Of a stretch of DNA of 64,000 bases, positions 17,573 to 27,322 are shown piece after piece. The DNA is from a bacterium (GTDB lineage Bacteria; UBA8248). The DNA lies in assembly GCA_965213625.1 (NCBI GenBank), contig CBDBZU010000004.1:2976001-3040000 (forward strand). Reading direction: 5' to 3'. Position 1 is the first letter of the stretch; each line of letters opens with the position of its first letter. The notes beneath the pieces are model-generated. The model searched no databases and was not told where the DNA came from. It was given only the letters and a program-made list of their open reading frames with translations. Made by a program: the position numbers and the translations under genes.

Positions 17573-18838
17573 ATGGCAACCTCCATTCGTCCCATCGTGC
17601 AAGGCACTCTGCCCAAGCGCAAAATACGCGTAAAGGGACGGGGTCTGAAAGGCGAGATGATCGGCTTTTGCCGAATCCTCAGGCGCGCGGGCCTCAAGAT
17701 AACCTCCGGCCGCATCATCGACGTGTTCCGCTGCTTTGATTCGCTCGAAGCCACGAATCTCGACAACATCTACGTCGCCAGCAAGTCGAATCTCATCTCC
17801 AGCCAGGATGAGAGCATGATCTTCGACGCCGTATTCCGGCAATACTGGTTCGATGAGGAAGGAAATCCTTACACGGGCGACGAATCGGTGCAGGTCGACA
17901 CGCAATTCGAAGAAGAAGGCGAAGGACAGGCCAGCGAAGGGGGCGGCTCTTCGGAAGAAGGTGAATCGGACGCCGAGGGCGAAGGGCAGGAAAACCCGGG
18001 CCTCCCGTCGGAAGACGACGTGGAAAGCGCCGCCGAACCCGGCGAGCAGGGAGACGACGACGAGGGAATACCCTCATACAGCCCCGCCGAAGTCATTTCG
18101 GACAAAGATTTTTCCGCGCTGAACATGGACCAGGTTGCCGAACTCAGGCGCCTCATTGCGAAACTCGTTCCCAAGCTCGCCACTAAAATCAGCCGCCGCA
18201 AACGCCCAGACATGCGCTCTCCCGAAATCGACATGAGACGAAGCGTGAAGAGAAGCGTTCGCTCGGGCGGCGAGGTGCTGAAACTCTTCCGCCGCAGAAG
18301 AAAGATACAAAAAACCCAGATCGTGCTCATCTGTGACGTATCGGGGTCGATGGACAGCTACAGCCAGTTTTTGATTCAGTTCCTCTACAGTCTGCAAAAC
18401 GAGATCAAGTCGCTGCGCACGTTCGTCTTCAGCACGCGTCTTTCGGACGCCACGCCGTATCTGCGCCACAAGGACGTGAACACTGCTCTCAAGCGACTCT
18501 CCATGGAGGTGCACGACTGGAGCGGCGGCACGCAAATCGGCAACTGTCTCAAGACTTTCAACTATGAATTCGGAAGAACCATCCTGAACAGCCGCACCAT
18601 CGTAATCATCATATCGGACGGCTGGGACCGGGGCGATACGGACACGCTGGCGGAGGAAATGAACCGCCTCAAGAAGATCTGCTACAAACTCTTCTGGCTC
18701 AATCCCTTGCTGGGCAGCCCCGGCTACCGCCCGATCGACAGGGGAATGAGAACGGCCCTTCCCTATTGCGATGAATTCCTGGCGGCCCACAATCTCGATA
18801 GCCTGGTCGACATGACGAACAAGATCGCGCGCATATAA
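17573..18838 (+). CDS. VWA-domain protein (CoxE-like)
   Basis: DVSGSM MIDAS, WSGGTQIG, ISDGWDRG, WLNPL; acidic linker. Confidence 0.92.
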   Translation: MATSIRPIVQGTLPKRKIRVKGRGLKGEMIGFCRILRRAGLKITSGRIIDVFRCFDSLEATNLDNIYVASKSNLISSQDESMIFDAVFRQYWFDEEGNPYTGDESVQVDTQFEEEGEGQASEGGGSSEEGESDAEGEGQENPGLPSEDDVESAAEPGEQGDDDEGIPSYSPAEVISDKDFSALNMDQVAELRRLIAKLVPKLATKISRRKRPDMRSPEIDMRRSVKRSVRSGGEVLKLFRRRRKIQKTQIVLICDVSGSMDSYSQFLIQFLYSLQNEIKSLRTFVFSTRLSDATPYLRHKDVNTALKRLSMEVHDWSGGTQIGNCLKTFNYEFGRTILNSRTIVIIISDGWDRGDTDTLAEEMNRLKKICYKLFWLNPLLGSPGYRPIDRGMRTALPYCDEFLAAHNLDSLVDMTNKIARI

Positions 18839-18905
18839 AACCACCGCTTTTCTTCACGCAATTCTGTTGGTATGAATACGCAATTATCAATTCATCACTC
18901 AGGAA

Positions 18906-19580
18906 TTGAGAACGGAATTGGCAAATCTACTGATTTACACGGCAGACAACGGATTCGCGGACGCGCTAGGGCGCGCTCTGAGGCGTGAAGGCCATTTTTG
19001 CAAAATGGTGCAGGATGAAACCACGGCTTTGCAGGAAGTACGCTCAAGGGGCCTGGCCCTCATCTTGCTTGATGACGCCCCTGCGCTGCCAAAAGTCGAA
19101 GAAATGCGGAACTGGACCACGCTGCCGATCCTCCTGCTACTCGAACCGGACCGACTGGCCGTAGTTCGCACGCCCACCGAGGCCGACGACATTCTCGTAA
19201 AACCCGTACGGGAAGAGGAGCTTTTGTATCGCGTCCGAAATCTGTGTCATCGCTCGGGGCAGGAATCCGAAGGTGCGCGAACGCTCAAGAGCAAGGGGCT
19301 GACGCTGGATGAGAGTCGTTACGAGATCAGGCTCGATGGCGAGTTGATTGACTTGACCTACCGTGAATTCGAGCTTTTGAAGCACCTCATCAACAATCCC
19401 GAACGCGTCTTCGACAGAGAACAGCTTCTGAACCTCGTCTGGGGAATTGACTACCTCGGAGGCCCGCGGACGGTCGACGTTCACATTCGCCGCATTCGCG
19501 CGAAAATCGAGGTCAGGGGATATTCGTTCATTTCCACCGTGCGGGGAGTCGGCTACAAGTTTATTGGAGAATCGTCGTGA
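18906..19580 (+). CDS. OmpR-family orphan response regulator, GlnR-like
   Basis: Degenerate receiver domain (no N-terminal acidic pair); wHTH DLTYREFELL...VWGIDYLGGPRTVDVHIRRIRAK; directly upstream of glnA. Confidence 0.85.
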   Translation: MRTELANLLIYTADNGFADALGRALRREGHFCKMVQDETTALQEVRSRGLALILLDDAPALPKVEEMRNWTTLPILLLLEPDRLAVVRTPTEADDILVKPVREEELLYRVRNLCHRSGQESEGARTLKSKGLTLDESRYEIRLDGELIDLTYREFELLKHLINNPERVFDREQLLNLVWGIDYLGGPRTVDVHIRRIRAKIEVRGYSFISTVRGVGYKFIGESS

Positions 19581-19627
19581 CGCCTGGTTTCTTTCGCATT
19601 TTCGTTTCGATCAAAAACCGGCGATTT

Positions 19628-19643
19628 GAAACCGGCACGAAAC
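19628..19643 (+). promoter_or_regulatory. Putative GlnR-box-like direct repeat
   Basis: GAAAC-cggcac-GAAAC (11-bp period), 58 nt upstream of the glnA ATG. Confidence 0.5.
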
Positions 19644-19701
19644 ATACAGGATATAGGCTGAATTGCTTTGCCGGGAAAAATCGGCTCATCTGGAGTTCAT
19701 A

Positions 19702-21048
19702 ATGTCTGACGCTTTCGATGATAAAGATCGCGAATTCGTAATCAACCAAGCCCGCGAACTCGGCGTGCGCTTTATCCGCATGTGGTTCACCGACATCCTG
19801 GGCTTCCTCAAGAGTTTCGCCATCACCATCGAAGAGCTCGAAAACGCGCTCTACGAGGGGCATCTTTTCGATGGAGCCGCCATCGAGGGCTTCGCGCGCA
19901 TCGAAGAGAGCGACATGTTCGCCCACCCCGACCCCACGACGTTCTGCGTGCTGCCATGGCGTCCGCAGGATGGCGGGGCCGTCGCAAGAATGTTCTGCGA
20001 CATCAAAGACCCGGACGGCAATCCCTATGAGAGCGACCCTCGCTACGTGCTCAGGCGAACCCTCCAGAGTGCGGCGCAAAAGGGATTCACGTTTTACGCG
20101 GGCATAGAGTATGAACACTACTACTTCAAATCTCATGAACAGCCGATTGAAACACTCGACCGGGGTGGGTATTTCGATCTCACACCCTTGGATATCGCAA
20201 GTGATCTAAGACGCGAGACGGTGCTCAATCTCGAAAAAATGGGAATCGGCGTCGAATACAGCCATCACGAGGTCGGGCCCAGCCAGCACGAAATAGACTT
20301 GCGCTACGGCGATGCGCTCACCATGGCGGACAACGCAATGACTTACCGACTCGTCGTGAAAGAAGTCGCCATGCGCCATGGCGTCTACGCCACTTTCATG
20401 CCCAAGCCTTTATCCCAAGAAAACGGAAATGGAATGCACACCCATCTTTCTCTGTTCCAGGGTTTGGAGAACGTGTTCCACAACCCGGATAAGCCCGGCG
20501 GCCTATCGGATACGTGCCAGGCGTTTATCTCCGGGCTCTTGAAATACGTCCCCGAGATGACGCTCGTCCTCAACCAATGGGTGAACAGCTACAAGCGCCT
20601 CGTCCCCGGTTTCGAGGCGCCCGCCTACGTCACTTGGGCGCACAAGAGCCGCAGCGATCTGATTCGCATCCCCAGCACGCGCAAGGGCATGGAATCCGAT
20701 ACGCGAATCGAGTTGCGCTCGCCGGACTCGGCGTGCAATCCCTATCTGGCGTTCGCCTGCATGCTGGCGGCAGGGATGGCGGGAATCGAAGAGGGCCTGC
20801 CGCCCGTACCTGCCGTGGAAGAAAACGTATTTGAAATGAGTGAGAAAAAACGTCGGGATCAAGGTATTAAAAGCTTGCCCGGAAACTTGCGGGAAGCCAC
20901 GGTGCTGGCAGAGCAGAGCGATTTCCTGAGAAACGTGTTCGGAAACCAGTTATTCGAGAAATTCATCGAGAACAAAAAACTCGAATGGGCGCCCTATCGC
21001 GCCCACGTCTCGGATTTCGAACTCAACAAATATCTTTCGATTCTCTAA
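19702..21048 (+). CDS. glnA: Glutamine synthetase type I (short, GSI-alpha/GlnA2-like)
   Basis: WFTDILG, FDGAAIEGF, HHEVGPSQHE, ATFMPKP, NGMHTHLS, NSYKRLVPGFEAP, RIELRSPD; 448 aa from ATG 19702. Confidence 0.93.
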   Translation: MSDAFDDKDREFVINQARELGVRFIRMWFTDILGFLKSFAITIEELENALYEGHLFDGAAIEGFARIEESDMFAHPDPTTFCVLPWRPQDGGAVARMFCDIKDPDGNPYESDPRYVLRRTLQSAAQKGFTFYAGIEYEHYYFKSHEQPIETLDRGGYFDLTPLDIASDLRRETVLNLEKMGIGVEYSHHEVGPSQHEIDLRYGDALTMADNAMTYRLVVKEVAMRHGVYATFMPKPLSQENGNGMHTHLSLFQGLENVFHNPDKPGGLSDTCQAFISGLLKYVPEMTLVLNQWVNSYKRLVPGFEAPAYVTWAHKSRSDLIRIPSTRKGMESDTRIELRSPDSACNPYLAFACMLAAGMAGIEEGLPPVPAVEENVFEMSEKKRRDQGIKSLPGNLREATVLAEQSDFLRNVFGNQLFEKFIENKKLEWAPYRAHVSDFELNKYLSIL

Positions 21049-21095
21049 AATCAGACTGCTTGCTCAGGAAGTATGAGGCGAGGAATTTAGTCGCT

Positions 21096-21425
21096 CTAGT
21101 CAGCACAACTCTCGGCCAACCATTCGAGGTAGGACGCACTCCCCTTATTAACCGCAATCGCCAGCATCTCCGGCACATCATAGCTGTGGATTTCCGCCAG
21201 ATGATCGGAGAGGGCCTGCAATTTTTCCTGCGTGGTTTTTATGATGAGCAGGACTTCCGCATCATCCTGAACCGCCCCCTCCCACCGATAGAAGCTGCGG
21301 ATTTTCGGGACCAGATTGACGCAGGCGCACAGCTTCCGCTCGACCAACGATTTCGCAACCCGCACTCCCTCTTCCTCGGAACCCGCTGTGCTCAACACGA
21401 TCCGGAACGCTCGCCCATCTTTCAT
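21096..21425 (-). CDS. cutA: Divalent-cation tolerance protein CutA
   Basis: LCACVN, SFYRWEG, HSYDVPE, YLEWL. Confidence 0.92.
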   Translation of the reverse strand: MKDGRAFRIVLSTAGSEEEGVRVAKSLVERKLCACVNLVPKIRSFYRWEGAVQDDAEVLLIIKTTQEKLQALSDHLAEIHSYDVPEMLAIAVNKGSASYLEWLAESCAD

Positions 21426-21435
21426 GGCTTTCTCC

Positions 21436-22392
21436 TCATGCGCCCAGTATCTTCTCGGCCGCGCTGTAGGGGTCCACTCTTCGCGCGGCGATGGCGTCCA
21501 GAAGATCATCCAGCTCCCGCCCGCCTTTCGCGCCGTCTCCCATGCGCTCCACGGCGAGTTCTTTCATCACTTCCGCGAGTGTGATGCGGGCGCGCTCTCG
21601 CCCGAGACGCCCTGCCTCTTCGGGGTGTTCTTGCAAAAAGGCCATACGCGCCTCGACCTGCGCGGCCAATTCTTCCGTTCCCTCGCCCGTGAGCGCTTCT
21701 GTCTTCAGCACGGGGGGCCTCCAGATACTCGCCTCGCCGGGATGAAACTTGAAATCCAGCATTTCCTCGATTTCCTTCACTGTCCTGTCCGCGCCGTCTC
21801 GCTTTGCCTTATTCACCACGAAAATATCGCCGATCTCCAGTATTCCCGCCTTCGCCGCCTGAATATGGTCCCCGCCGCCGGGCGTCTGGAGCAAAACAAC
21901 CACGTCCGCGCACTGCATGATGTTCACCTCACCCTGCCCCACGCCTACGGTCTCGACGATCACGACGTCCCAGCCCATGGCGTCCATGACGCAGAGCGCA
22001 TCCCCTGTCGCGCGAGCGAGTCCGCCCAGATTGCCGCGTGTCGCCATGCTGCGGATAAAGACTTTCGGGTCCGTACTGTGCCTGCCCATCCGGATGCGAT
22101 CGCCCAGAATGGCGCCGCCCGTGAATGGACTCGTCGGGTCCACCGCGATGACGCACACCCTTTTCTCCTGAGCGCGATAATGGGCGATCAACTGGTCGGA
22201 AAGCGTGCTCTTGCCCGCTCCGGGGGGGCCGGTGATGCCGATGACCAGGCCTTTCCCGCCTTTCAAATACAACTCCTGCAAAATGGGTTTCGCACGCGGG
22301 TCGTTGTCTTCCACCAGCGTGATGAGCTTGGCGGCTGGTCGTACCATCCCGTCCAGTATCTGAGAGATTTGTATTTTACTTCTATCATTCAT
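21436..22392 (-). CDS. meaB: Methylmalonyl-CoA mutase-associated GTPase MeaB/ArgK
   Basis: GITGPPGAGKST, AVDPTSPFTGGAILGDRIRM, ETVGVGQ, NKA. Confidence 0.93.
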   Translation of the reverse strand: MNDRSKIQISQILDGMVRPAAKLITLVEDNDPRAKPILQELYLKGGKGLVIGITGPPGAGKSTLSDQLIAHYRAQEKRVCVIAVDPTSPFTGGAILGDRIRMGRHSTDPKVFIRSMATRGNLGGLARATGDALCVMDAMGWDVVIVETVGVGQGEVNIMQCADVVVLLQTPGGGDHIQAAKAGILEIGDIFVVNKAKRDGADRTVKEIEEMLDFKFHPGEASIWRPPVLKTEALTGEGTEELAAQVEARMAFLQEHPEEAGRLGRERARITLAEVMKELAVERMGDGAKGGRELDDLLDAIAARRVDPYSAAEKILGA

Positions 22393-22450
22393 ATTTATTT
22401 ATCAGTATGTTGTGGGCGTATCATTATGTTGTTTCTAGGGTATTTTGCTT

Positions 22451-23596
22451 TCAGGAATCGAATAGATGCCGGCACACGAGATCACGATGCACCTCGCTCG
22501 TGCCTTCTCCGAGGGTGAACACCCGGGCGTCGCGCCAGAACATCCCCGCAGGCGTTTCTGCGATGTAGCCATACCCGCCATGAATCTGTATCCCTCTATC
22601 GCATACGCGAAGACAGGCCTCCGAGGCGAAAAGTTTCGCCATGGCTACCTCCTCCCTGTTGTCTCCTCCCGCGTCACGGATTCTTGCTGCAGCGACAACC
22701 ATCTCGCGAGAAGTAGCGATATCTATGGCGCTATCGGCCATCATGCCCCGCAGACCGGCAAAATCAGAGACAGGCTTTCCGAATGCTTCGCGCTTCTTGG
22801 CATGGGATGCCGCAGCTTCTAGTGACGCCTGCGCTATACCGACGCACATCGCACCCAGGACGACTCTCCCGTCGTTCAGTACCTGCATCGCCTGTCGCAG
22901 GCCATCCCCTTCTTCTCCGATCAGGCGTTCCGCCGGAATCTCGCAGTTTTCAAAGTAGATTTCCGCCGTGCCTGCTGAGCGCATCCCGAGAGTCTCTGCA
23001 AGTGGGACGCTTCTACACCCCCCATCGCCATTTTCTATCAAAAATGCGCTGATACCGTCTTTTCCCTCGGATGAGCGTGCAAAGATAACCATGCTTTCAA
23101 AATTCATTCCTTGTGTAACGAACATTTTCGCGCCGTTGATGATATAGGCATCCCCATGTCGCCTTGCTTCACACTCGAGAGCCGATGCATGACTGCCCGC
23201 GACACGCTCGGTAATCACCCATGCGCCTATCGCTCCTCTCGTAAGTGGGGGAATCCAACTATTTTTCTGCGCGTCCGATCCATGGTGGAGCAAATGCCCC
23301 CCGCAAAGGCCCGCCGAGACGCTGATAGTGAGCGCGAAACTCGGATCGCCACCGGCCAGTTCCTCCATAATGAGGCATTCGTCAAACAAACCGAGGCCGC
23401 GTCCGACCTGGCTTTCGGGTATTTTAACGCCGATGAATCCCGCTTCGGCCGCCTCTTCGTATAACTCGCAGGAGAAAGTGCCCGCCAGGTCGCGATCCAA
23501 AGCGCCGTGTGCAAGTCGCTTTTGGGCGAATTCCCGGGCCTCTGCCTGGAGGGCCGATTCTTCTTGCGTTATTTCCGTGTGTGTGACGAAAGACAA
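22451..23596 (-). CDS. Acyl-CoA dehydrogenase family protein
   Basis: INGAKMFVT, LGMRSAGT, MAKLFASE, QIHGGYGY, LGEGTSE. Confidence 0.92.
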   Translation of the reverse strand: MSFVTHTEITQEESALQAEAREFAQKRLAHGALDRDLAGTFSCELYEEAAEAGFIGVKIPESQVGRGLGLFDECLIMEELAGGDPSFALTISVSAGLCGGHLLHHGSDAQKNSWIPPLTRGAIGAWVITERVAGSHASALECEARRHGDAYIINGAKMFVTQGMNFESMVIFARSSEGKDGISAFLIENGDGGCRSVPLAETLGMRSAGTAEIYFENCEIPAERLIGEEGDGLRQAMQVLNDGRVVLGAMCVGIAQASLEAAASHAKKREAFGKPVSDFAGLRGMMADSAIDIATSREMVVAAARIRDAGGDNREEVAMAKLFASEACLRVCDRGIQIHGGYGYIAETPAGMFWRDARVFTLGEGTSEVHRDLVCRHLFDS

Positions 23597-23601
23597 GCTC
23601 G

Positions 23602-24591
23602 TTATCCTCCACCCGCTTGAAGCGCCGGTATGATTTCTTCGCCCAGAAGTGTCAACCTATGAGGATTCAGGTCCAGATCGGGAATGGTAATCAGAATGTG
23701 GTTCACCCCAGCTTTCGGGTATTCCTTCAGACGCGCAACGCAATCTTTGGGAGTTCCATAGACGCTACCTGATTCCGGGATGACGCTCAGCTTCTCGCGT
23801 GCCGCCCTGGCCACGGCCCTGTCTTTTTCTGGTATCACCATAACCATGAGAGACGCCCTCACCGCATCGGGGTCTCTCCCCCCTCTTTTGCACTCGGCCT
23901 CAATGGCGGGTCTTTTATCCAGAAACTGCTCAGGCGTCCACCAGCGGCAGTTGTAGCCATCCGCCTGGCGGGCAGAAACCCCCAGTAGTTTTGGACCCTC
24001 GCCTCCCGTCCAGATTGGCGGGTGCGGTTTTTGAACAGGGTGCGGATCGCAAACGCCGTTTCGGATTTGAAAATATCCGCCATCGAAATGGGGAGTAGAT
24101 TCGGTCCACATCGCGCGTATCAACCGAATGGCTTCTTCTAATTGCTCAATACGCACGGAGGCGTTCGGATAGGGATAACCGAAAGAATGATATTCATTTT
24201 CTATCCAGCCCGCCCCGATCCCGAAATCAACCCGGCCCTTGCTGATAACGTCGACCGTGGCCGCCATCTTCGCCAGCATGGCCGGCGGACGGTATCCAAC
24301 ACAAGTCACCAGCGTGCCCAGGCGTAAGGTTTCGGTGTCTCGCGCGAGGGCGGCGAGGGTCGTCCAGGGCTCTAGAATCGCGGTATCGCCGGATTGTTCT
24401 TTCTCGTCCTGGGCGCCGAAGCCCGTCTGGCTCCCGTAGGAAGCGGGATCGAGCGTCACGAAATGATCGCAATGCCACAAAGAATCGATGCCCAGTCTTT
24501 CCGCCTCCTGGGCGATTTCTCTCAGCTTATCGTAGTCGCCGATATAAGTGCCCTTGAGCGTCAGCGCCACGATGACTCCGAATTCCAGCAT
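23602..24591 (-). CDS. LLM-class oxidoreductase
   Basis: WHCDHF, LEPWTTLAALA, LGTLVT, LAKMAATVDVISKGR, GIGAGW, PVQKPHPPIW. Confidence 0.9.
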   Translation of the reverse strand: MLEFGVIVALTLKGTYIGDYDKLREIAQEAERLGIDSLWHCDHFVTLDPASYGSQTGFGAQDEKEQSGDTAILEPWTTLAALARDTETLRLGTLVTCVGYRPPAMLAKMAATVDVISKGRVDFGIGAGWIENEYHSFGYPYPNASVRIEQLEEAIRLIRAMWTESTPHFDGGYFQIRNGVCDPHPVQKPHPPIWTGGEGPKLLGVSARQADGYNCRWWTPEQFLDKRPAIEAECKRGGRDPDAVRASLMVMVIPEKDRAVARAAREKLSVIPESGSVYGTPKDCVARLKEYPKAGVNHILITIPDLDLNPHRLTLLGEEIIPALQAGGG

Positions 24592-24712
24592 GATGCTCCT
24601 CTCACACACGCGTATACAGGGAACCGTTTCGTTCCTTCACTTTATCAGCAATATGAACGAGAAACGAGAGGTAGCACATTCTCCTAATTGTATCGTTCAG
24701 CGAATGGGAACC

Positions 24713-25594
24713 CTATTTACCCAAGACGACTCCGGCGGCGCCAATGACGGACAAGAGGCCGCCGATGACGACGCGCAAGGTTACCGCTTCCTGTTTTCTG
24801 AAAAACAGCCATGACAGAAAAATGATAAGCAGAACCGAGAGGCGATTGATGGGTATAATTTGAACGATCTCCCCCGTTTTTATGGATGACCAGAAGAAAA
24901 AGGCGGCCACGGCGTTCAGGCAAGCGCCGCCCAAAACGGCCAGGAGTCCTTTTTTGTCCCAGGTTTTGGGCGCTCTCCCCTCTGCGGAAAAAGGCAGGAC
25001 GGCCATCATGAGGCAAAGTGCGGTCGTACTGCCGACGGACATGCCGAAGGAGGCGGATTTGATCACCAACAGCCCGAATTTTCCGAACAGGTGCGTCATC
25101 GCAAACAAAACGGCCGTGCCCAGAGGGAAAAGATAGAAATACAGAGGTATACGCCTTTGAACCTCGCCTTTTTCATAAACCAGCAGAATCGACCCTGCCA
25201 GAATGGCCAAAGTCCCGATTGCAATAAGTCCAGTCATCTGTTCGCCCGCGAAAACCACCGCAAACAAAGAAGCCCATACGAGGCTGGTCTGGGTCACGAT
25301 CGAAGAGCGCGCTAAGCCGACAAGCTTCATACCGATGAGACTCAGATAACGGCCGATGAACGAGCCGGAAACGCCCATAGCGGCGAACCAGACGACTCCC
25401 TCGATCGGCCAAGCCTCCACGCCACCCTCCAGAAAATAAAAAGCGGCTCCGAAAGACATCTGCACGATGGACATGAGAATGTTCATCACAAACGGACTCA
25501 GGCGCGCCACGCCGGCGCGGTATAGAGTGCGTGCGGAGGCGATGAAACAAGCAGCGATAAGAGCCAGAATGTTGGGGTGTATGAAGTCGAGCAA
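24713..25594 (-). CDS. EamA/DMT family transporter
   Basis: About 10 TM helices with two EamA repeats. Confidence 0.85.
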   Translation of the reverse strand: MLDFIHPNILALIAACFIASARTLYRAGVARLSPFVMNILMSIVQMSFGAAFYFLEGGVEAWPIEGVVWFAAMGVSGSFIGRYLSLIGMKLVGLARSSIVTQTSLVWASLFAVVFAGEQMTGLIAIGTLAILAGSILLVYEKGEVQRRIPLYFYLFPLGTAVLFAMTHLFGKFGLLVIKSASFGMSVGSTTALCLMMAVLPFSAEGRAPKTWDKKGLLAVLGGACLNAVAAFFFWSSIKTGEIVQIIPINRLSVLLIIFLSWLFFRKQEAVTLRVVIGGLLSVIGAAGVVLGK

Positions 25595-25597
25595 CGC

Positions 25598-26485
25598 TTA
25601 TCTTCCCGTCACGATGGCGAATGCACCCGCAAGCGCGACCATTGCGCCCAGGACGACGCGCCACGTCACGTTTTCCTGCTTCCGGAACAACAACCATGAG
25701 AGAAATATGATCAATAAAACGGACAGGCGGGTTAAGGGGATGACGCGGGTAATCTCGCCGAGCTTCACCGCGGACCAGAAGAAGAAAATACCGCACCCTT
25801 GCAGCGCGGCTCCCAGGAGAAGTACGAATAACCCTTTGTTGTCGCCACTTGAGCGCGGGTCGCCTTGGCTTTGTGCGAAGGGCGCCAATCCCAGAAGGAG
25901 CGTGAGCGAGGTCGTATTCGCGACCGCCATACCGAAAGCGGATGAGGAAATCCACTCGAACGCGAATTTTCCCACTAGATGCGCGAATGCGTACATCAGC
26001 GCAGACGCAACCGGTATCGCATAGTAATGAAACGGTATCCTGCGACCGGCGTCCCCCTTGGGTTTGTAGACGAGCAGGCTCGCCCCGCACATAACGCCCA
26101 GAATCCCGGTCGCTTTTTGAAGCGACATACTTTCGCCCAATATGAAAACAGCCAGAATCGACGCCCAGATCAGCACGGTCTGGCTCATCACCGCCGCGCG
26201 CGCCAACCCCGTGTAACGAATAGCGACAAAATTAATGTATCTCCCCAAAAAACTCCCGAAAAATCCCATCGCCATGAACCAGAAAACGCCTTGGTAGGGT
26301 ATTTGGTCGAGCGCTCCCTCCATCCAGTAGAAAAACCAACCAAGAGTAGTCGTCACGCATGCCATCACCAGATTTGCCGTATGCATTTTCATGCGCGGAA
26401 TCGCATAGCGCTGCGAAACGCGAGCGAAGGCGATGAGCGCAGCGCAACAGAGCGCTAGAATGTTGGGATGTATGGCATCAAGCAA
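25598..26485 (-). CDS. EamA/DMT family transporter (tandem paralog)
   Basis: Shares MLDxIHPNILAL start and RLSVLLIIFLSWLxFRKQE with its neighbour. Confidence 0.85.
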   Translation of the reverse strand: MLDAIHPNILALCCAALIAFARVSQRYAIPRMKMHTANLVMACVTTTLGWFFYWMEGALDQIPYQGVFWFMAMGFFGSFLGRYINFVAIRYTGLARAAVMSQTVLIWASILAVFILGESMSLQKATGILGVMCGASLLVYKPKGDAGRRIPFHYYAIPVASALMYAFAHLVGKFAFEWISSSAFGMAVANTTSLTLLLGLAPFAQSQGDPRSSGDNKGLFVLLLGAALQGCGIFFFWSAVKLGEITRVIPLTRLSVLLIIFLSWLLFRKQENVTWRVVLGAMVALAGAFAIVTGR

Positions 26486-26839
26486 AGCGTCGACCTTTTA
26501 GGAACAACTTACCTTCTATCCATGCACATAAGACCTGGGATGCGCGCACATCGTCGCTAATTCGCCGCAAAAGACGCTTTTTTGCGAAGAAATAACCACG
26601 GGAAGCGAAGAAAATGGCTTGCGGCGACTCGAAATGCGACCCAAGGGCTCGGTTCAAGAAAATTCCCAACAGGCAGAATATGAAGGGCCGATTATGGCAC
26701 GGAAAGCGTCTTTCTGGATAGCTTTGGGCGTCTCGAAACGTACGAAATACGTAGGTTTACTTTGTGATGAGGGAAACTATGAATATCTGCCGCATAGCCC
26801 GCTGAATACTACACTGAATCGAACCTTCGGAGGATGGAG

Positions 26840-27322
26840 CTACATCTCGTCCAGACTCTTTTCGACGACTTTGGGGCCCCGATAGCCCGGCAAATTCTCG
26901 ACGTAGGGACAATCCTCTGGCAAAGCTCCCATTTCGATGATTTCAGGCCCTATCGGAAGGCACATCGGCTCTATATCGAAGCGCTCCGAATATACACGGC
27001 AACGGTTGGTCTCGATCTCGAGTTGCGGGCATGCGCTCGTCAGCAAGAGCAGCCTGTCGCCCTCCCACACCTTGTCATAACAACACTTCCCGCAGCCGGT
27101 GCAAAGCGCCTCCCACTCGGGCGTGCCCTCGGGAGGCAGATTTTTATCCATCCACCTCTGAATTTCATCGAGTCGGCGCTCTTTTTTCGTCTTGTACATG
27201 GGAATGACTTGTGGAGCGTCGTGTTCGAGGCGCTTCTGCTCGGGCGTCTTCCAGATGCGATGGCTGCGTTTGCCTTTTGGTGGCTTGCTCCGTTTCCTGG
27301 AATCAGCCTTCGGGCCGGGCAT
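26840..27322 (-). CDS. YcgN/YkgJ-like cysteine-cluster protein
   Basis: WEALCTGCGKCC, ACPQL, CRVYSER, LPEDCPY. Confidence 0.8.
   Translation of the reverse strand: MPGPKADSRKRSKPPKGKRSHRIWKTPEQKRLEHDAPQVIPMYKTKKERRLDEIQRWMDKNLPPEGTPEWEALCTGCGKCCYDKVWEGDRLLLLTSACPQLEIETNRCRVYSERFDIEPMCLPIGPEIIEMGALPEDCPYVENLPGYRGPKVVEKSLDEM

Noticed and set aside
26570-26713. 11-bp inverted repeat AAAGACGCTTT / AAAGCGTCTTT
   Set aside because: Too short and unsupported by other structure
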